Assembly (NCBI GenBank): GCA_964582005.1
Contig: CAZOQL010000001.1
Coordinates: 236-64,235 of the forward strand
Length of the DNA stretch: 64,000 nucleotides
Source of the DNA: an uncultured Flavobacteriaceae bacterium
Lineage (GTDB): Bacteria; Bacteroidota; Bacteroidia; Flavobacteriales; Flavobacteriaceae
Reading direction: 5' to 3'
Shown here: positions 18,976-29,931 of the stretch, one piece after another
Position numbering within the stretch: the first letter of the stretch is position 1
How the letters are laid out: every line of letters begins with the position of its first letter
Position numbers and translations under genes: made by a program
The notes under the pieces: generated by a model
Told to the model about the DNA's origin: nothing
Database searches by the model: none
The model's input: the letters and a program-made list of their open reading frames with translations, nothing else

Positions 18976-19194
18976 ATTAAAAAATGTAATTATTTTCAAT
19001 ATTGACTTAGGCATTATAAAGAAAATAAATTGCATTATACAACATGTTGTGTTTTTATAAAAAACCATTTCATGAATCCTTTTTTTAATAAAAAATTATC
19101 ACAGATTTTGTACACCATACATCCGTAGAAAATCTCTATTTTGAAACTCAAAAAAAAAATTCACCTCTTTGGATTAAAGATAAATATTCCTTAA

Positions 19195-20901
19195 TTAATG
19201 ACATTCTTTAAAAGCTTTTACTGCGCAAGGAGTTTCAATCTTTTTATGAATGGAAGTAATGGCTGTTTTTTTATCAAAAAAGAAAATATCTTGACCTATT
19301 TTTTCAATAAAACCTCCTTTTTTCAAAATATCTTGGCTATTTATTTTTAAGCCTGTAATATATATTCCACCTCTATTTTTTCGCCATTTAATAACCTCAT
19401 TGGTAAGCCATTCCGCAGCACCAAAATCTATAAAATTTATACCATCTGCAACAATAAGCACATGTTGTGTTTTATTTAATTCATAACCATTTGTAAAAAA
19501 ATCAGCTATTTTTTCAATAGAACCAAAGTATAAAGAGCCATCAATTCTTAAAATTTTTAAATTGGAACATTCAACCAAACTATCATCTCTTATTATATTA
19601 ATTAATCTACCATCATTATTTACAGCTAAAGTAGCTATGTTGGGTTTTGAAGTTCGCTCCATATAAAAGAAAAAAGAAGTGAAAATTCCAATAATTAGTG
19701 CTTGTTCTAAATCTAAAAAAAGTGTTCCGAAAAAAGTTATACCAAAAACAATTAATTCTCTTTTACTGCTTTTAAATATTTGTTTGATCTGTTTAAAATC
19801 AATAAGGTTATAACCAACTAATAAAATAATTCCACCCATGGCTGATTTTGGTAAAAATGCAGCGTATTTAGCGAACAATAACACTACTACCATCAAACCA
19901 ATTGCAGAAATAATGGCTGACATTGGCGTTTTTGCTCCCGATTGATAATTAATACTTGAACGTGTAAATGACCCTGAACTTGTGTAACAAGAAAAAAAAC
20001 TAGAGACTATATTCGAAATTCCTTGCGATACAAATTCTTGGTTTATATTTAATCGTTGGTGTGTATGCAGGGCTATTGATCGTGAAATTGCTGCAGCTTC
20101 AACCAAACCTAAAGTAGCTAAAATTAATGCTCCAGTTGTTAAAGATTGCATTTTTTCAAAATTAAATACAGGTATTCTAAATGGTGGTAAATTAGAAGGA
20201 ATTTTACCAATGGTCTCTATTGTACCTGTAAATTTAATTAACCAAACAGACAATAAAGTGCCTAAAATCATCGCAATAAGCATATAAAGTCGTGCTATTT
20301 TTTTTATTTTTTGAATTAGTAATGCAATGAGTAAAGTTACAGCTGCAATGCCAAAAGCATACCAATTTGTTTCCGTAATATGTGCACTTATATATTCAAT
20401 TATTTTATAGAAAGAACTTCCTTGAGGAACTTCAACACCAAAAATATGTGTTAATTGTTTAAAAGCAATGAGAACACCAGCACCAGCAGAAAAACCTATA
20501 ATTACAGAATTTGAAACGAAATTAACCAACTTTCCCATTCGTGCAATCCCCATAAATAATTTAATAATTCCAGCCATAAAGGAAAGTAAAATGGCTAAAG
20601 ACACAAAAGCTTCTATATCTGTTTCTGGATCGATGTATTGACTAATAATGGAATATAAAACAATAGAACTTGTCGTAGTTGGACCCGATACTAAATGATA
20701 TGATGAACCGAAAATTGCAGCTATAATTGGTGTTAACATAGCGGTAAAAAAACCATTAATTTGAGGCAATACGTCAATAATTTCAAAAGCAACGTCGTGT
20801 GGAATTACAATTATTGTTCCTGTTATACCAGCAAACATATCATCTTTCCACGATTTTTTTGCAAGTGGTAACCAATTTAAAAATGGGAATATTTTATTCA
20901 T
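19195..20901 (-). CDS. SulP family anion transporter with C-terminal STAS domain
   Basis: 568 aa polytopic protein. FGSSYHLVSGPTTTSS is a SulP motif. The C-terminal soluble STAS-like region reads LRIDGSLYFGS. Confidence 0.8.
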   Translation of the reverse strand: MNKIFPFLNWLPLAKKSWKDDMFAGITGTIIVIPHDVAFEIIDVLPQINGFFTAMLTPIIAAIFGSSYHLVSGPTTTSSIVLYSIISQYIDPETDIEAFVSLAILLSFMAGIIKLFMGIARMGKLVNFVSNSVIIGFSAGAGVLIAFKQLTHIFGVEVPQGSSFYKIIEYISAHITETNWYAFGIAAVTLLIALLIQKIKKIARLYMLIAMILGTLLSVWLIKFTGTIETIGKIPSNLPPFRIPVFNFEKMQSLTTGALILATLGLVEAAAISRSIALHTHQRLNINQEFVSQGISNIVSSFFSCYTSSGSFTRSSINYQSGAKTPMSAIISAIGLMVVVLLFAKYAAFLPKSAMGGIILLVGYNLIDFKQIKQIFKSSKRELIVFGITFFGTLFLDLEQALIIGIFTSFFFYMERTSKPNIATLAVNNDGRLINIIRDDSLVECSNLKILRIDGSLYFGSIEKIADFFTNGYELNKTQHVLIVADGINFIDFGAAEWLTNEVIKWRKNRGGIYITGLKINSQDILKKGGFIEKIGQDIFFFDKKTAITSIHKKIETPCAVKAFKECH

Positions 20902-20937
20902 TAAAAGTGTATCGTAACTGGTCGTTTAACAAAAATA

Positions 20938-23376
20938 CTATTTTTTATTCAATCCCAATTCATTTGCAACCAATCGCAAATCTCCATAGGTGAATTTATC
21001 ATCTATTTTACCTTTTAATTCTGAAAAACTATCAAATTTTATCTTTTGCATTAGTTTTTTGAGTTCTTTATATTTACTTTCAGATATTAGATCGGTTATT
21101 TTCACTTCTCCTGTTGGAATAAAATGGATTAAATGATTTTCAATCGTTCCTTTTGTTAAGCCTCTTTCTTTAGATATTTCATAAGGTGTTGCACCTTTTT
21201 GAAACATTTCTAAACTAACCAATTTTGTATTTTTTTTTGATTTTATATCTTTAGAATCTACATATTGTACATCGTTTGGTTCAACATCATTTTCAATAAA
21301 ATACGTATTGATAAGTTTTAAAATTTGCGTTCCATATTTCTCAACACGCACTTTTCCCATACCATTAATAGCTTTTAATTGTGGCTTGGTTAACGGAAAA
21401 TATGCACACATTTCAAACAATGATTTTTGAGTAAAAACTTGAAAATGACTCACATCGTCATCTTTTGCAAAGACATCCCGTAGTTTTCGTAATTGCTCAA
21501 ACAAAATAGGATGCTCGGTCGATATAACATTTGCTCGTTTTTTTGTGTCTTTTTTTACGGATGATTCTGTTTTTTCCAATACAGCTTTGGTTCGCAATTC
21601 CAAATATTTTTTAGTGCTAAACCCTTTGGACAAACCATACAAGCAGCTCAGTTTTACTGCTAACAAATCTTCCAAACTATCCAATTGCTTAGAGAAATCA
21701 TTTTTAACCGATTTATTATCCGATGAAAACGTAATGGCATCCAATGGTTTTTTTATATGTGTTAAAGTATGTTCAATAAAATAATGAATACCTTTATGAA
21801 TACGCTCTTGAATGTTAGAGTCTTCTTCTGGAATATCTACATCAATACTCAAATTTAACAATTGACTTTTAAACGAAGCGCCTACTTGCATTAATTTAAC
21901 AATGCCAACATCTTTAATTTCATTTAAGGGCTCAATAATGTGTCCACGAAAACTTGTTTTATTTTCGTAATAAATTTTTATTAAGCGTTGTATTGGATAT
22001 AAAAATGCTTGATATCGAAACAAATCATCCATCAAATTTAATTGATATTTTTTTTGAGACTCTAATAAATCCGCTTCATTTGGTAAATTAGCTTCAACTT
22101 CTTGAGTAAAAACAGATACTCTAGAGTCGTTAATGATACTACTTTCTTTAATTTTAGTTTTTAAAACAATACCTTCTAATGTCTTACATCTACTTAAAGC
22201 AACATACGTTTGACCATGTGCAAAAGAAGCTTCGGCATCAATAATGGCTTTTTCAAAAGTTAAACCCTGACTTTTATGAATGGTAATTGCCCAAGCTAAT
22301 CGTAAAGGTATTTGTGCAAAAGAGCCTGCAATATCTTCGGTAATTTCTTTGGTTTCTGCATGGATGGAATAACTCACATTTTCCCAAGTTTCAGTTGTTG
22401 TTTCTATTTCAAAATCATCATCGGGACATTGTACTGTAACCGTTTCTTTATCCAAAAAAGTAATCGTTCCTATTTTTCCGTTGTAGTATCTTTTTTCATA
22501 ACTACTATCATTTTTAATAAACATCACTTGGGCACCAACTTTTAATTCCAATGTTTCATGAGTTGGATAGGCATATTCATTAAATTTCCCCTTTACCGAT
22601 GCTTTATATTTTTTCTGATGTGATTTTAATTTATTCAACTCCGCATCATTTATAGCATTTGCTCTATTGTTATGTGTGGTTAATGTAATAAATCCATCCT
22701 CTTTTTTTGGAACAAAAGCAGGCTGAAAACGTTCATTTAATTTTTTTGCCGATGCTTCTGATAATTTATTATTTCGAATCTCATTTAAAATAGCTATAAA
22801 TTCTTCGTTATCTTGCCTATAAATATGTTTCAATTCTATGCTAATTGCATTCGCTTCTTGAAATGAATTACTGCTAAAAAAATAAGGTGTTTTATAATGT
22901 GGACTCAATAAATTCCATTCGTAAGGTTTAATAACTGGCGCTAATTGTTGTAAATCACCAATCATCAATACTTGTACGCCACCAAACACTTTGGTTCGAT
23001 CTTTATAACGTCTTAAAACTTGGTCAATTCCATCCAATAAATCAACCCTAACCATACTTATTTCATCAATAATCAATAAATCAAGTGACCTTATAATATC
23101 TATTTTGATTTTATTAAATTTATATTTCGATTTTTTTGTAGCAACACCAGGTACAATTGGTCCAAATGCCATCTGAAAAAAAGAATGTATCGTTTGCCCT
23201 TTAGCATTTATTGCTGCAACTCCTGTTGGCGCAACAACAACCAAACGTTTTAATGATTCCGTTTTTATTTTGTGTAAAAAAGTGGTTTTTCCGGTACCTG
23301 CTTTTCCCGTTAAGAAAATATTCCTATCGGTTTGTTCAACGAAATTTTGTGCTAGTTCTAATTCTGGATTACTCAT
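20938..23376 (-). CDS. Pif1/RecD-type SF1 DNA helicase with C-terminal HRDC-like and helix-turn-helix regions
   Basis: Walker A GKAGTGKTT and Walker B LLIIDEISM. GDLQQLAPV and TIHKSQGLTF are Pif1 signatures. The C-terminal part reads LFEQLRKLR...INGMGKVRVEKYG (HRDC-like) and KGTIENHL (HTH). Confidence 0.8.
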   Translation of the reverse strand: MSNPELELAQNFVEQTDRNIFLTGKAGTGKTTFLHKIKTESLKRLVVVAPTGVAAINAKGQTIHSFFQMAFGPIVPGVATKKSKYKFNKIKIDIIRSLDLLIIDEISMVRVDLLDGIDQVLRRYKDRTKVFGGVQVLMIGDLQQLAPVIKPYEWNLLSPHYKTPYFFSSNSFQEANAISIELKHIYRQDNEEFIAILNEIRNNKLSEASAKKLNERFQPAFVPKKEDGFITLTTHNNRANAINDAELNKLKSHQKKYKASVKGKFNEYAYPTHETLELKVGAQVMFIKNDSSYEKRYYNGKIGTITFLDKETVTVQCPDDDFEIETTTETWENVSYSIHAETKEITEDIAGSFAQIPLRLAWAITIHKSQGLTFEKAIIDAEASFAHGQTYVALSRCKTLEGIVLKTKIKESSIINDSRVSVFTQEVEANLPNEADLLESQKKYQLNLMDDLFRYQAFLYPIQRLIKIYYENKTSFRGHIIEPLNEIKDVGIVKLMQVGASFKSQLLNLSIDVDIPEEDSNIQERIHKGIHYFIEHTLTHIKKPLDAITFSSDNKSVKNDFSKQLDSLEDLLAVKLSCLYGLSKGFSTKKYLELRTKAVLEKTESSVKKDTKKRANVISTEHPILFEQLRKLRDVFAKDDDVSHFQVFTQKSLFEMCAYFPLTKPQLKAINGMGKVRVEKYGTQILKLINTYFIENDVEPNDVQYVDSKDIKSKKNTKLVSLEMFQKGATPYEISKERGLTKGTIENHLIHFIPTGEVKITDLISESKYKELKKLMQKIKFDSFSELKGKIDDKFTYGDLRLVANELGLNKK

Positions 23377-23401
23377 TTAACATAAGATAAATTTATCTCT
23401 T

Positions 23402-23409
23402 CAAAAGTA
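23402..23409 (-). promoter_or_regulatory. Candidate -7 box for the Pif1-type helicase gene
   Basis: The reverse strand reads TACTTTTG, with 25 nt to ATG 23376. Confidence 0.4.
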
Positions 23410-23461
23410 CTAATTTTTTATGATTTTCGTAGTTTTTTATTTGATTCCATACTAAATGGAA

Positions 23462-23469
23462 TATATTTG
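23462..23469 (+). promoter_or_regulatory. Candidate -7 box for the methyltransferase gene
   Basis: TATATTTG, with 28 nt to ATG 23498. Confidence 0.4.
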
Positions 23470-23497
23470 TTATCCATATCTTAAAAGTTAATTTTTA

Positions 23498-24130
23498 ATG
23501 CAAATTATAGAAAAAGAAAAACGTTTTAAAGTTACTTTAAATGCTTTAAAAAATGATGTTCCATTTAAAAATTTCATCGAGATTGGTGGTGTTGATGCTT
23601 CTTTTAAAAATCTTGTACAGCACGATTCTTGGCAGATTTTAGATAAATATGGTGAGCCTGATATTCGAGTAAACTTAGATGGTAGAAATGCCAAACTCCC
23701 TTTTAAAGACAATTCTATTGAGTGTTTTATTTTAACCGAAGTTTTAGAACATTTAAGAATGGGTACGCCATTATTACAAGAAATTGAACGCTGTTTACAA
23801 AAAGATGGCATTTTATTAATATCGGTTCCCAATATGGTTTCTTTTGCTAATAGACTTTGGTGGTTATTAGGTAAAGTACCACCACAAGCAGCTTCATCAG
23901 ATTGTGGAAAAGAATTGGGCGGAACAGGATTACTAATAGATAAGCATTGGGAAGGCGGACACGTGGTAGATTTTAACAAACAACGGTTTCAAAAATATGT
24001 AGAACGTTCTGGCTTAAAACTCCAAAAATTTTATCATACCGATGCTGAGATATTTAAAAAAACGATTTTTCCAAGAAAACTTACACCTATATCTTTGGGT
24101 GATTTTTTAATTGCTAGTTTTAAAAAATAA
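23498..24130 (+). CDS. Class I SAM-dependent methyltransferase-like protein
   Basis: 210 aa. FIEIGG (motif I-like), LPFKDNSIECFILTEVLEHL and KDGILLISVPN (Methyltransf_11/23-like). Substrate unknown. Confidence 0.5.
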   Translation: MQIIEKEKRFKVTLNALKNDVPFKNFIEIGGVDASFKNLVQHDSWQILDKYGEPDIRVNLDGRNAKLPFKDNSIECFILTEVLEHLRMGTPLLQEIERCLQKDGILLISVPNMVSFANRLWWLLGKVPPQAASSDCGKELGGTGLLIDKHWEGGHVVDFNKQRFQKYVERSGLKLQKFYHTDAEIFKKTIFPRKLTPISLGDFLIASFKK

Positions 24131-24165
24131 TAATACCAAATTAATTATAAAAAATACTTGATAAT

Positions 24166-25566
24166 CTAGCTATGAATAGCTCTATCACTAACTGCCATAC
24201 AAGCTTCTTTAATTGCTTCGGTAAATGTTGGATGTGCGTGTGATGTGCGTGCAATATCTTCGCTTGAAGCTCTAAATTCCATCGCTACTACTGCAGCAGC
24301 AATCATATCGGCAGCTCTTGCTCCTATCATATGTACTCCCAAAATCTCATCGGTTTTAGCATCGGCAATTACTTTTACTTGACCTTCTAAATCCATACTT
24401 GCTCTTGCTCTACCTAATGCTCGCATCGGAAAAGAACCAACTTTATAGGCAACTCCAGCATCTTTTAATTCTTGTTCTGTTTTACCAACTGTGGCAACTT
24501 CTGGCCAAGTATACACAACGCCTGGTATTAAATTATAATCTATATGTGGTTTTTGACCAACAATAGTTTCGGCAACTAACTCACCTTCTTCACTTGCTTT
24601 ATGTGCTAACATTGCTCCTTTTACTACATCACCAATTGCATATATGTTTGGTATATTTGTTTGTAAATGACTATTGGTTTCTATTTGTCCTCTTTCGGTC
24701 ATTTTTACGCCAGCTTTATCTAATGCTAAACCATCGGTAAAAGGTCGTCTTCCAACAGATACCAAACAATAATCGCCTTTAAACTCAATCGTTTCTCCTT
24801 TTTTATTTTCGGCAGTAATTACAACTTCCTTTACACTTCCTTTTACAGAAGTTACTTTATGTGAGGTATAGAATTTTACTTTTTGCTTACGTAACGATTT
24901 TTGTAATTCTTTAGACAGCATTGTATCCATTGTTGGAACAATAGTTGACATATATTCAATCACAGAAACCTCAGCACCTAAACGCTTATAAACCGAACCT
25001 AATTCTAAGCCAATTACACCACCACCAATAACAACTAAGTGCTTTGGTATTTCTTTTAAATTCAACGCTTCAGTTGAAGTTATGATACGTTTTTTATCTA
25101 ATTTTATAAAAGGTAAGGTAGCAGGTTTTGAACCTGTTGCTATTATTGTATTTTTAGATTCTAATGTAGTTACTTTTCCTTTAGTATCGGTAATATTTAT
25201 ATGTGTGGCATCTTTAAAACTACCAACACCTGTATAAACATCAATCTTATTTTTATCCATTAAAAAATTAATTCCATCACAAGTTTGCGAAACAACCTCG
25301 TCTTTACGAGCGATCATTTGTTTAAAATCAACCGATAATTTACCCGTTTTTATACCGTGTTTTTCAAAGTGATTTACAGCATCGTGGTAATGATGAGAAG
25401 AATCTAATAATGCTTTTGACGGAATACAACCTACATTTAAACAAGTTCCACCAAGCGTAGTATACTTTTCAATAATAGCAGTTTTTAGCCCTAATTGTGC
25501 GCAACGTATTGCAGCAACATATCCACCAGGTCCAGATCCGATAACGGTAACATCGTATGTACTCAT
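24166..25566 (-). CDS. lpdA: Dihydrolipoyl dehydrogenase
   Basis: VIGSGPGGY, the GGTCLNVGCIPSK redox-active disulfide, and C-terminal HAHPT. Confidence 0.95.
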   Translation of the reverse strand: MSTYDVTVIGSGPGGYVAAIRCAQLGLKTAIIEKYTTLGGTCLNVGCIPSKALLDSSHHYHDAVNHFEKHGIKTGKLSVDFKQMIARKDEVVSQTCDGINFLMDKNKIDVYTGVGSFKDATHINITDTKGKVTTLESKNTIIATGSKPATLPFIKLDKKRIITSTEALNLKEIPKHLVVIGGGVIGLELGSVYKRLGAEVSVIEYMSTIVPTMDTMLSKELQKSLRKQKVKFYTSHKVTSVKGSVKEVVITAENKKGETIEFKGDYCLVSVGRRPFTDGLALDKAGVKMTERGQIETNSHLQTNIPNIYAIGDVVKGAMLAHKASEEGELVAETIVGQKPHIDYNLIPGVVYTWPEVATVGKTEQELKDAGVAYKVGSFPMRALGRARASMDLEGQVKVIADAKTDEILGVHMIGARAADMIAAAVVAMEFRASSEDIARTSHAHPTFTEAIKEACMAVSDRAIHS

Positions 25567-25584
25567 AATTTTATTTTTGTTTTA

Positions 25585-25592
25585 CAAAATTA
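25585..25592 (-). promoter_or_regulatory. Candidate -7 box for lpdA
   Basis: The reverse strand reads TAATTTTG, with 18 nt to ATG 25566. It lies downstream of the infB terminator. Confidence 0.45.
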
Positions 25593-25620
25593 CATTTTTT
25601 CATATAAATAAGAAGTATTT

Positions 25621-25652
25621 AAAACCTCAAAGAATTTAATCTTTGAGGTTTT
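25621..25652 (-). terminator. Hairpin terminator downstream of infB
   Basis: AAAACCTCAAAG-aatttaat-CTTTGAGGTTTT forms a 12-bp stem. On the - strand the 3' arm ends in UUUU. Confidence 0.6.
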
Positions 25653-25681
25653 GGTATACTAATTTAAAATAGTTTAGAAGT

Positions 25682-28486
25682 TTATTTTAATTTTTTCTTT
25701 ACTTCCACTTCGTGATACGCTTCAATAATATCTAGTTCTTTAATGTCGTTATAATTTTTAATTTGCATACCACATTCATAGCCTTTGGCTACTTCTTTAG
25801 CATCGTCTTTTTCACGTCTTAAAGCAGAAAGCTCACCAGTATAGATAACAATATCTTCACGTATTAAACGCACTTTAGATTTATTGGTTATTTTACCAGT
25901 TAGCACCATACAACCTGCAATGGTTCCTACTTTAGAAATTTTAAATAGTTGTCTAATCTCGGCAGTACCTAATATTTCTTCTATAATATCTGGTGATAAC
26001 ATGCCTTCCATTGCATCTTTAACTTCATCAATTACTTTATAAATAATAGAGTATGTTCTAATATCAATTTCTTCGGCTGTAGCTAAAGTACTTGCTTTAC
26101 CTTGTGGCCTCACATTAAATCCGATAATAATCGCATCGGAAGCTGAAGCTAACAATACATCAGATTCTGTAATTGCACCAACACCTTTATGAATAATTTT
26201 TACTTGAATTTCTTCGGTAGATAATTTCTGTAAAGAATCCGTTAATGCTTCAATAGAACCGTCTACATCTCCTTTAAGGATAATGTTTAATTCTTTAAAG
26301 CCTCCTAAGGCAATTCTACGTCCTATTTCATCTAAAGTAAGATGTTTTTGTGTTCTTACACTTTGTTCCCGTTGTAATTGCGCACGTTTATTTGCAATAT
26401 TTTTTGCTTCACGTTCATCTTCAAATACATTAAATTTATCACCAGCACTTGGAGCGCCATCTAAACCTAATACGGATACAGGTGTTGATGGTCCTGCTGA
26501 TTTCACTATTTTACCACGTTCATCGTGCATTGCCTTAATTTTACCACTATGCGTTCCTGCTAGCAAGTAATCACCAATATTTAAAGTTCCTGCTTGTACT
26601 AACACAGTAGTTACATAACCCTTACCTTTATCCAATTGAGCTTCTACAACGGTACCAATAGCCGCTTTGTTTGGATTTGCTTTTAAATCCAACATTTCGG
26701 TCTCTAATAATATTTTTTCTAAAAGTTCTTCTACACCTGTTCCGTTTTTAGCCGAAATATCGTGTGATTGAATTTTTCCACCCCAATCTTCTACCAAAAG
26801 GTTCATTTGAGATAACTCTTCTTTTACTTTATCTGGATTTGCTCCTGGTTTATCAATTTTATTAATGGCAAAAACAATTGGTACTCCAGCTGCTTGCGCG
26901 TGACTAATTGCCTCTTTTGTTTGTGGCATTATAGAATCATCCGCAGCAATTACAATAACAACAACATCTGTAATTTGGGCTCCACGAGCACGCATTGCTG
27001 TAAATGCCTCGTGACCTGGTGTATCTAAGAATGCTATTTTTTGTCCGTCAGCTAATTCTACTTGATAAGCGCCAATATGTTGTGTAATTCCACCAGATTC
27101 ACCAGCAATTACATTTTCTTTACGAATATAATCTAGTAAAGACGTTTTACCATGATCTACGTGACCCATTACCGTTACAATTGGTGCTCTGGTAATTAAA
27201 TCTTCTTCTTTATCTTCTATTATTTCTATAGATTCCTCTACTTCTTCACTTACAAAGTCTACTGTATAGTCAAATTCTGCTGCTACTATGGTTAAAGTTT
27301 CGGCATCTAAACGTTGGTTCATCGTTACCATCATACCAAGTGACATACAGGCAGATATAATTTGTACTACTGGTACATCCATCATTGTAGCAACTTCACT
27401 TACTGTTACAAATTCGGTTGCTTTAAGTACTTTACTTTCTGTTGCTTGTTGTTCTAAATCTTTTTCAGATTGTTGACGATGTAAATCTCTTTTATCTCTT
27501 CTGTGTTTAGCTCCTTTTCCTTTTTTAGATTTACCTTGCAAACGTTCTAAGGTTTCTCTTACTTGATTTTTAACTTCTTCTTCGGTTGGTTCGACCTTTA
27601 CTACTGGCTTTCTTACGCCTCCTTTATTAAACCTACTTTTAAAATTACCTCCTTTTACAAATGGTTTAGAACCAGGTTTATTTATTCTTTTTCGTTTTGG
27701 TCTAGCGCCTGTTTTTTCAAAAGGTTTTTTATCGGCAGGTTTCTTTTTTGGTTTTGCAAATTGAGATAAATCTACTTTTTCACCTACGGTTTTAAAACCT
27801 TTTAATTTTTGGTATTGGGTAGCTATTTTTTCTGGTTCTACAATTTTAATTTCTTCTTTTACTTTATCCTTAATTTTTGTAGGAGTTTCTTTAGCTACTT
27901 TAGGTATAATTTTTTTTGTTTCAACTGGTTTTGTAGTAGTTTTTTTAGCAGTAACATCTAATTTGCCAACTTGCTTTAAACCAGCTAATTTTTTAGGGGT
28001 AATTTTAATTGTTTCAATTTCTTTTACAACCTCTTTTTTTATAATCGGTTTTTTTTCAACAGGCTTAACTTTTTCAACAGGCTTAATTTTTTCTTTAACT
28101 TCTTCTTTAATCACTTCTTTTTTAGGGGAAAGATCAATAGTTCCAACTTGTTTTAAACCTTTGGCTTTTTCAGATTCTGTTTTGAAAATTTCTTTTTTCT
28201 TAGCTTCTTCTTCGGCTGCAATTTTTTTAAGTTCTTGTTCTTTTTCTAAAGCGATACGAATTGCCTCTTTTTCTTTTCTTTTTTCTTCTCCAATTTCTCT
28301 AGAATTTACTTTTCTAGATTTATCAGATTGAAATTCATCAGCAAGAGTTGTATATATTTCTTCAGATATTTTGGTAGTTGGTCTTGCCTCAATAGAAATA
28401 TTCTTTGAAGTAAGAAACTCAACTGCTCTATCTAAAGAGATATTAAATTCTCGTAACACTTTATTTAGCCTTTGTTCTTTAGCCAT
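25682..28486 (-). CDS. infB: Translation initiation factor IF-2
   Basis: 934 aa. [17 protein letters not shown] and NKID GTPase motifs, with a Lys/Glu-rich N-terminal region. Confidence 0.95.
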   Translation of the reverse strand: MAKEQRLNKVLREFNISLDRAVEFLTSKNISIEARPTTKISEEIYTTLADEFQSDKSRKVNSREIGEEKRKEKEAIRIALEKEQELKKIAAEEEAKKKEIFKTESEKAKGLKQVGTIDLSPKKEVIKEEVKEKIKPVEKVKPVEKKPIIKKEVVKEIETIKITPKKLAGLKQVGKLDVTAKKTTTKPVETKKIIPKVAKETPTKIKDKVKEEIKIVEPEKIATQYQKLKGFKTVGEKVDLSQFAKPKKKPADKKPFEKTGARPKRKRINKPGSKPFVKGGNFKSRFNKGGVRKPVVKVEPTEEEVKNQVRETLERLQGKSKKGKGAKHRRDKRDLHRQQSEKDLEQQATESKVLKATEFVTVSEVATMMDVPVVQIISACMSLGMMVTMNQRLDAETLTIVAAEFDYTVDFVSEEVEESIEIIEDKEEDLITRAPIVTVMGHVDHGKTSLLDYIRKENVIAGESGGITQHIGAYQVELADGQKIAFLDTPGHEAFTAMRARGAQITDVVVIVIAADDSIMPQTKEAISHAQAAGVPIVFAINKIDKPGANPDKVKEELSQMNLLVEDWGGKIQSHDISAKNGTGVEELLEKILLETEMLDLKANPNKAAIGTVVEAQLDKGKGYVTTVLVQAGTLNIGDYLLAGTHSGKIKAMHDERGKIVKSAGPSTPVSVLGLDGAPSAGDKFNVFEDEREAKNIANKRAQLQREQSVRTQKHLTLDEIGRRIALGGFKELNIILKGDVDGSIEALTDSLQKLSTEEIQVKIIHKGVGAITESDVLLASASDAIIIGFNVRPQGKASTLATAEEIDIRTYSIIYKVIDEVKDAMEGMLSPDIIEEILGTAEIRQLFKISKVGTIAGCMVLTGKITNKSKVRLIREDIVIYTGELSALRREKDDAKEVAKGYECGMQIKNYNDIKELDIIEAYHEVEVKKKLK

Positions 28487-28616
28487 AAATTTATTTATTT
28501 GTACTACTATTAATTCTTTTTTATAATTTTCTTTTCAAAAAACTTTAATTTTGAGATTTTCATCATCCTTTTTTAAAAGCTTTTATAAAAAGAAAAAGCC
28601 TTAAAAAAGAATACAT

Positions 28617-29864
28617 CTAATTTTCAAACTCTTCTTTTAATATTCTTTGCAATTCTATAATGGTTTCTTCTTCTAAATCTGTACGTTTTACTAAAAAGGC
28701 AACATCTTGTTCTAAAACACTTTTTGCGGTATCGAAACCTGCATTGTTTAACTCTGTAATTACCCATTCTTCTATTTCGTCAGAAAATTCGGTCAATTCA
28801 ACATCTTCATCGTCTATTCCTTCACGTTGTACATCTAACTCATAGCCTGTTAGCATACTTGCTAAACGAATATTTACGCCGCCTCTACCAATAGCTTTAG
28901 AAACTTCTTCTGGTTTTAAGAATACATTTGCTCTTGGTTTTTTACCTTCTTCTATTTCTTGAAATTCTACCGAAACAACTTTAGCTGGACTTAATGCTCT
29001 TGCTACAAATAAATTTTCGTTTTTGGTAAAGTTAATTACATCAATGTTTTCATTTCCTAATTCTCTAACAATACCATGAATACGAGAGCCTTTCATGCCA
29101 ACACAAGCACCTACAGGGTCTATTCTATCATCGTATGAATCTACGGCAACTTTTGCTTTTTCACCAGGGATTCTTGCAACGGCTTCAATGGTGATTAAGC
29201 CATCAAACACTTCTGGTATTTCTTGTTCAAATAATTTGGTTAAAAATTCTGGTGAAGTTCTTGATAAAATAATAGCTGGTTTGTTACCACGTAATTCTAC
29301 CAATTTTATAATTCCTTTTACATTATCACCTTTTCTGAAATAATCAGAACGTATTTGTTCGCTTTTAGGTAATACTAATTCATTACCATCATCATCTAAT
29401 AATATTATGGCATTATGACGTACGTGATGTACTTCCGCAGTATATAGTTCTCCTTCTAGCTCTTTAAAGTACTTAAATATATTGGTATTGTCATGCTCGT
29501 GAATTTTAGCGATTAAGTTTTGACGTAAAGCCAAAATTGCTCTTCGTCCTAAGTCTTCTAATTTAACCTCTTCGGATAAGTCCTCATCAACTTCAAAATC
29601 TGCTTCAATTTTTCTAGCATCATCAAGAGATACTTCTGCGTTAGAATCTTCTACTTCACCATTCTCTACAATAATTCTATTTCGCCAAATTTCTAAATCT
29701 CCTTTATCGGGATTTATAATAATGTCAAAGTTACCATCAGACCCAAATTTTCGTTTTAATGCTGCTCTGAATACTTCTTCTAAGATAGACATAAGTGTTG
29801 CTCTGTCTATACTTTTATCATCTTTAAATTCAGAAAACGAATCAATTAATGCTATATTTTCCAT
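28617..29864 (-). CDS. nusA: Transcription termination/antitermination factor NusA
   Basis: 415 aa with S1 and KH regions (PVGACVGMKGSRI, AIGRGGVNIRLAS). Sits between rimP and infB. Confidence 0.95.
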   Translation of the reverse strand: MENIALIDSFSEFKDDKSIDRATLMSILEEVFRAALKRKFGSDGNFDIIINPDKGDLEIWRNRIIVENGEVEDSNAEVSLDDARKIEADFEVDEDLSEEVKLEDLGRRAILALRQNLIAKIHEHDNTNIFKYFKELEGELYTAEVHHVRHNAIILLDDDGNELVLPKSEQIRSDYFRKGDNVKGIIKLVELRGNKPAIILSRTSPEFLTKLFEQEIPEVFDGLITIEAVARIPGEKAKVAVDSYDDRIDPVGACVGMKGSRIHGIVRELGNENIDVINFTKNENLFVARALSPAKVVSVEFQEIEEGKKPRANVFLKPEEVSKAIGRGGVNIRLASMLTGYELDVQREGIDDEDVELTEFSDEIEEWVITELNNAGFDTAKSVLEQDVAFLVKRTDLEEETIIELQRILKEEFEN

Positions 29865-29931
29865 CTTAGTTGTTTCTTGTGTTTACTTTTTTCATTTTTT
29901 AACTTTTTATCTTGAACTATTTTTCAAGTAT

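Noticed and set aside
18949-19068. 40-codon N-terminal extension of kbl given by the ORF track
   Set aside because: The extension ([17 protein letters not shown]...) is not Kbl-like. A TAnnTTTG box (18968-18975) lies inside it. The canonical MYGSIKEHL start is at 18948.
23488-23979. 163-aa - strand ORF overlapping the methyltransferase gene
   Set aside because: It is antisense to an ORF with recognisable SAM-MTase motifs. It has no start context or promoter box, and its Cys/Ser/Pro-rich composition is typical of antisense translation. I treat it as an artefact.
27782-28159. Three ~60-aa-spaced G(L/F)K(Q/T)VG repeats and the [12 protein letters not shown] duplication in the IF-2 N-terminal region
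   Set aside because: Lys/Glu-rich repetitive N-terminal regions are normal for bacterial IF-2. It is not a separate element.
28487-28616. 130-bp nusA-infB spacer as an internal terminator or RNA element
   Set aside because: I found only a weak 6-bp AU-rich stem (GCTTTT...AAAAGC). There is no promoter box and no convincing structure.
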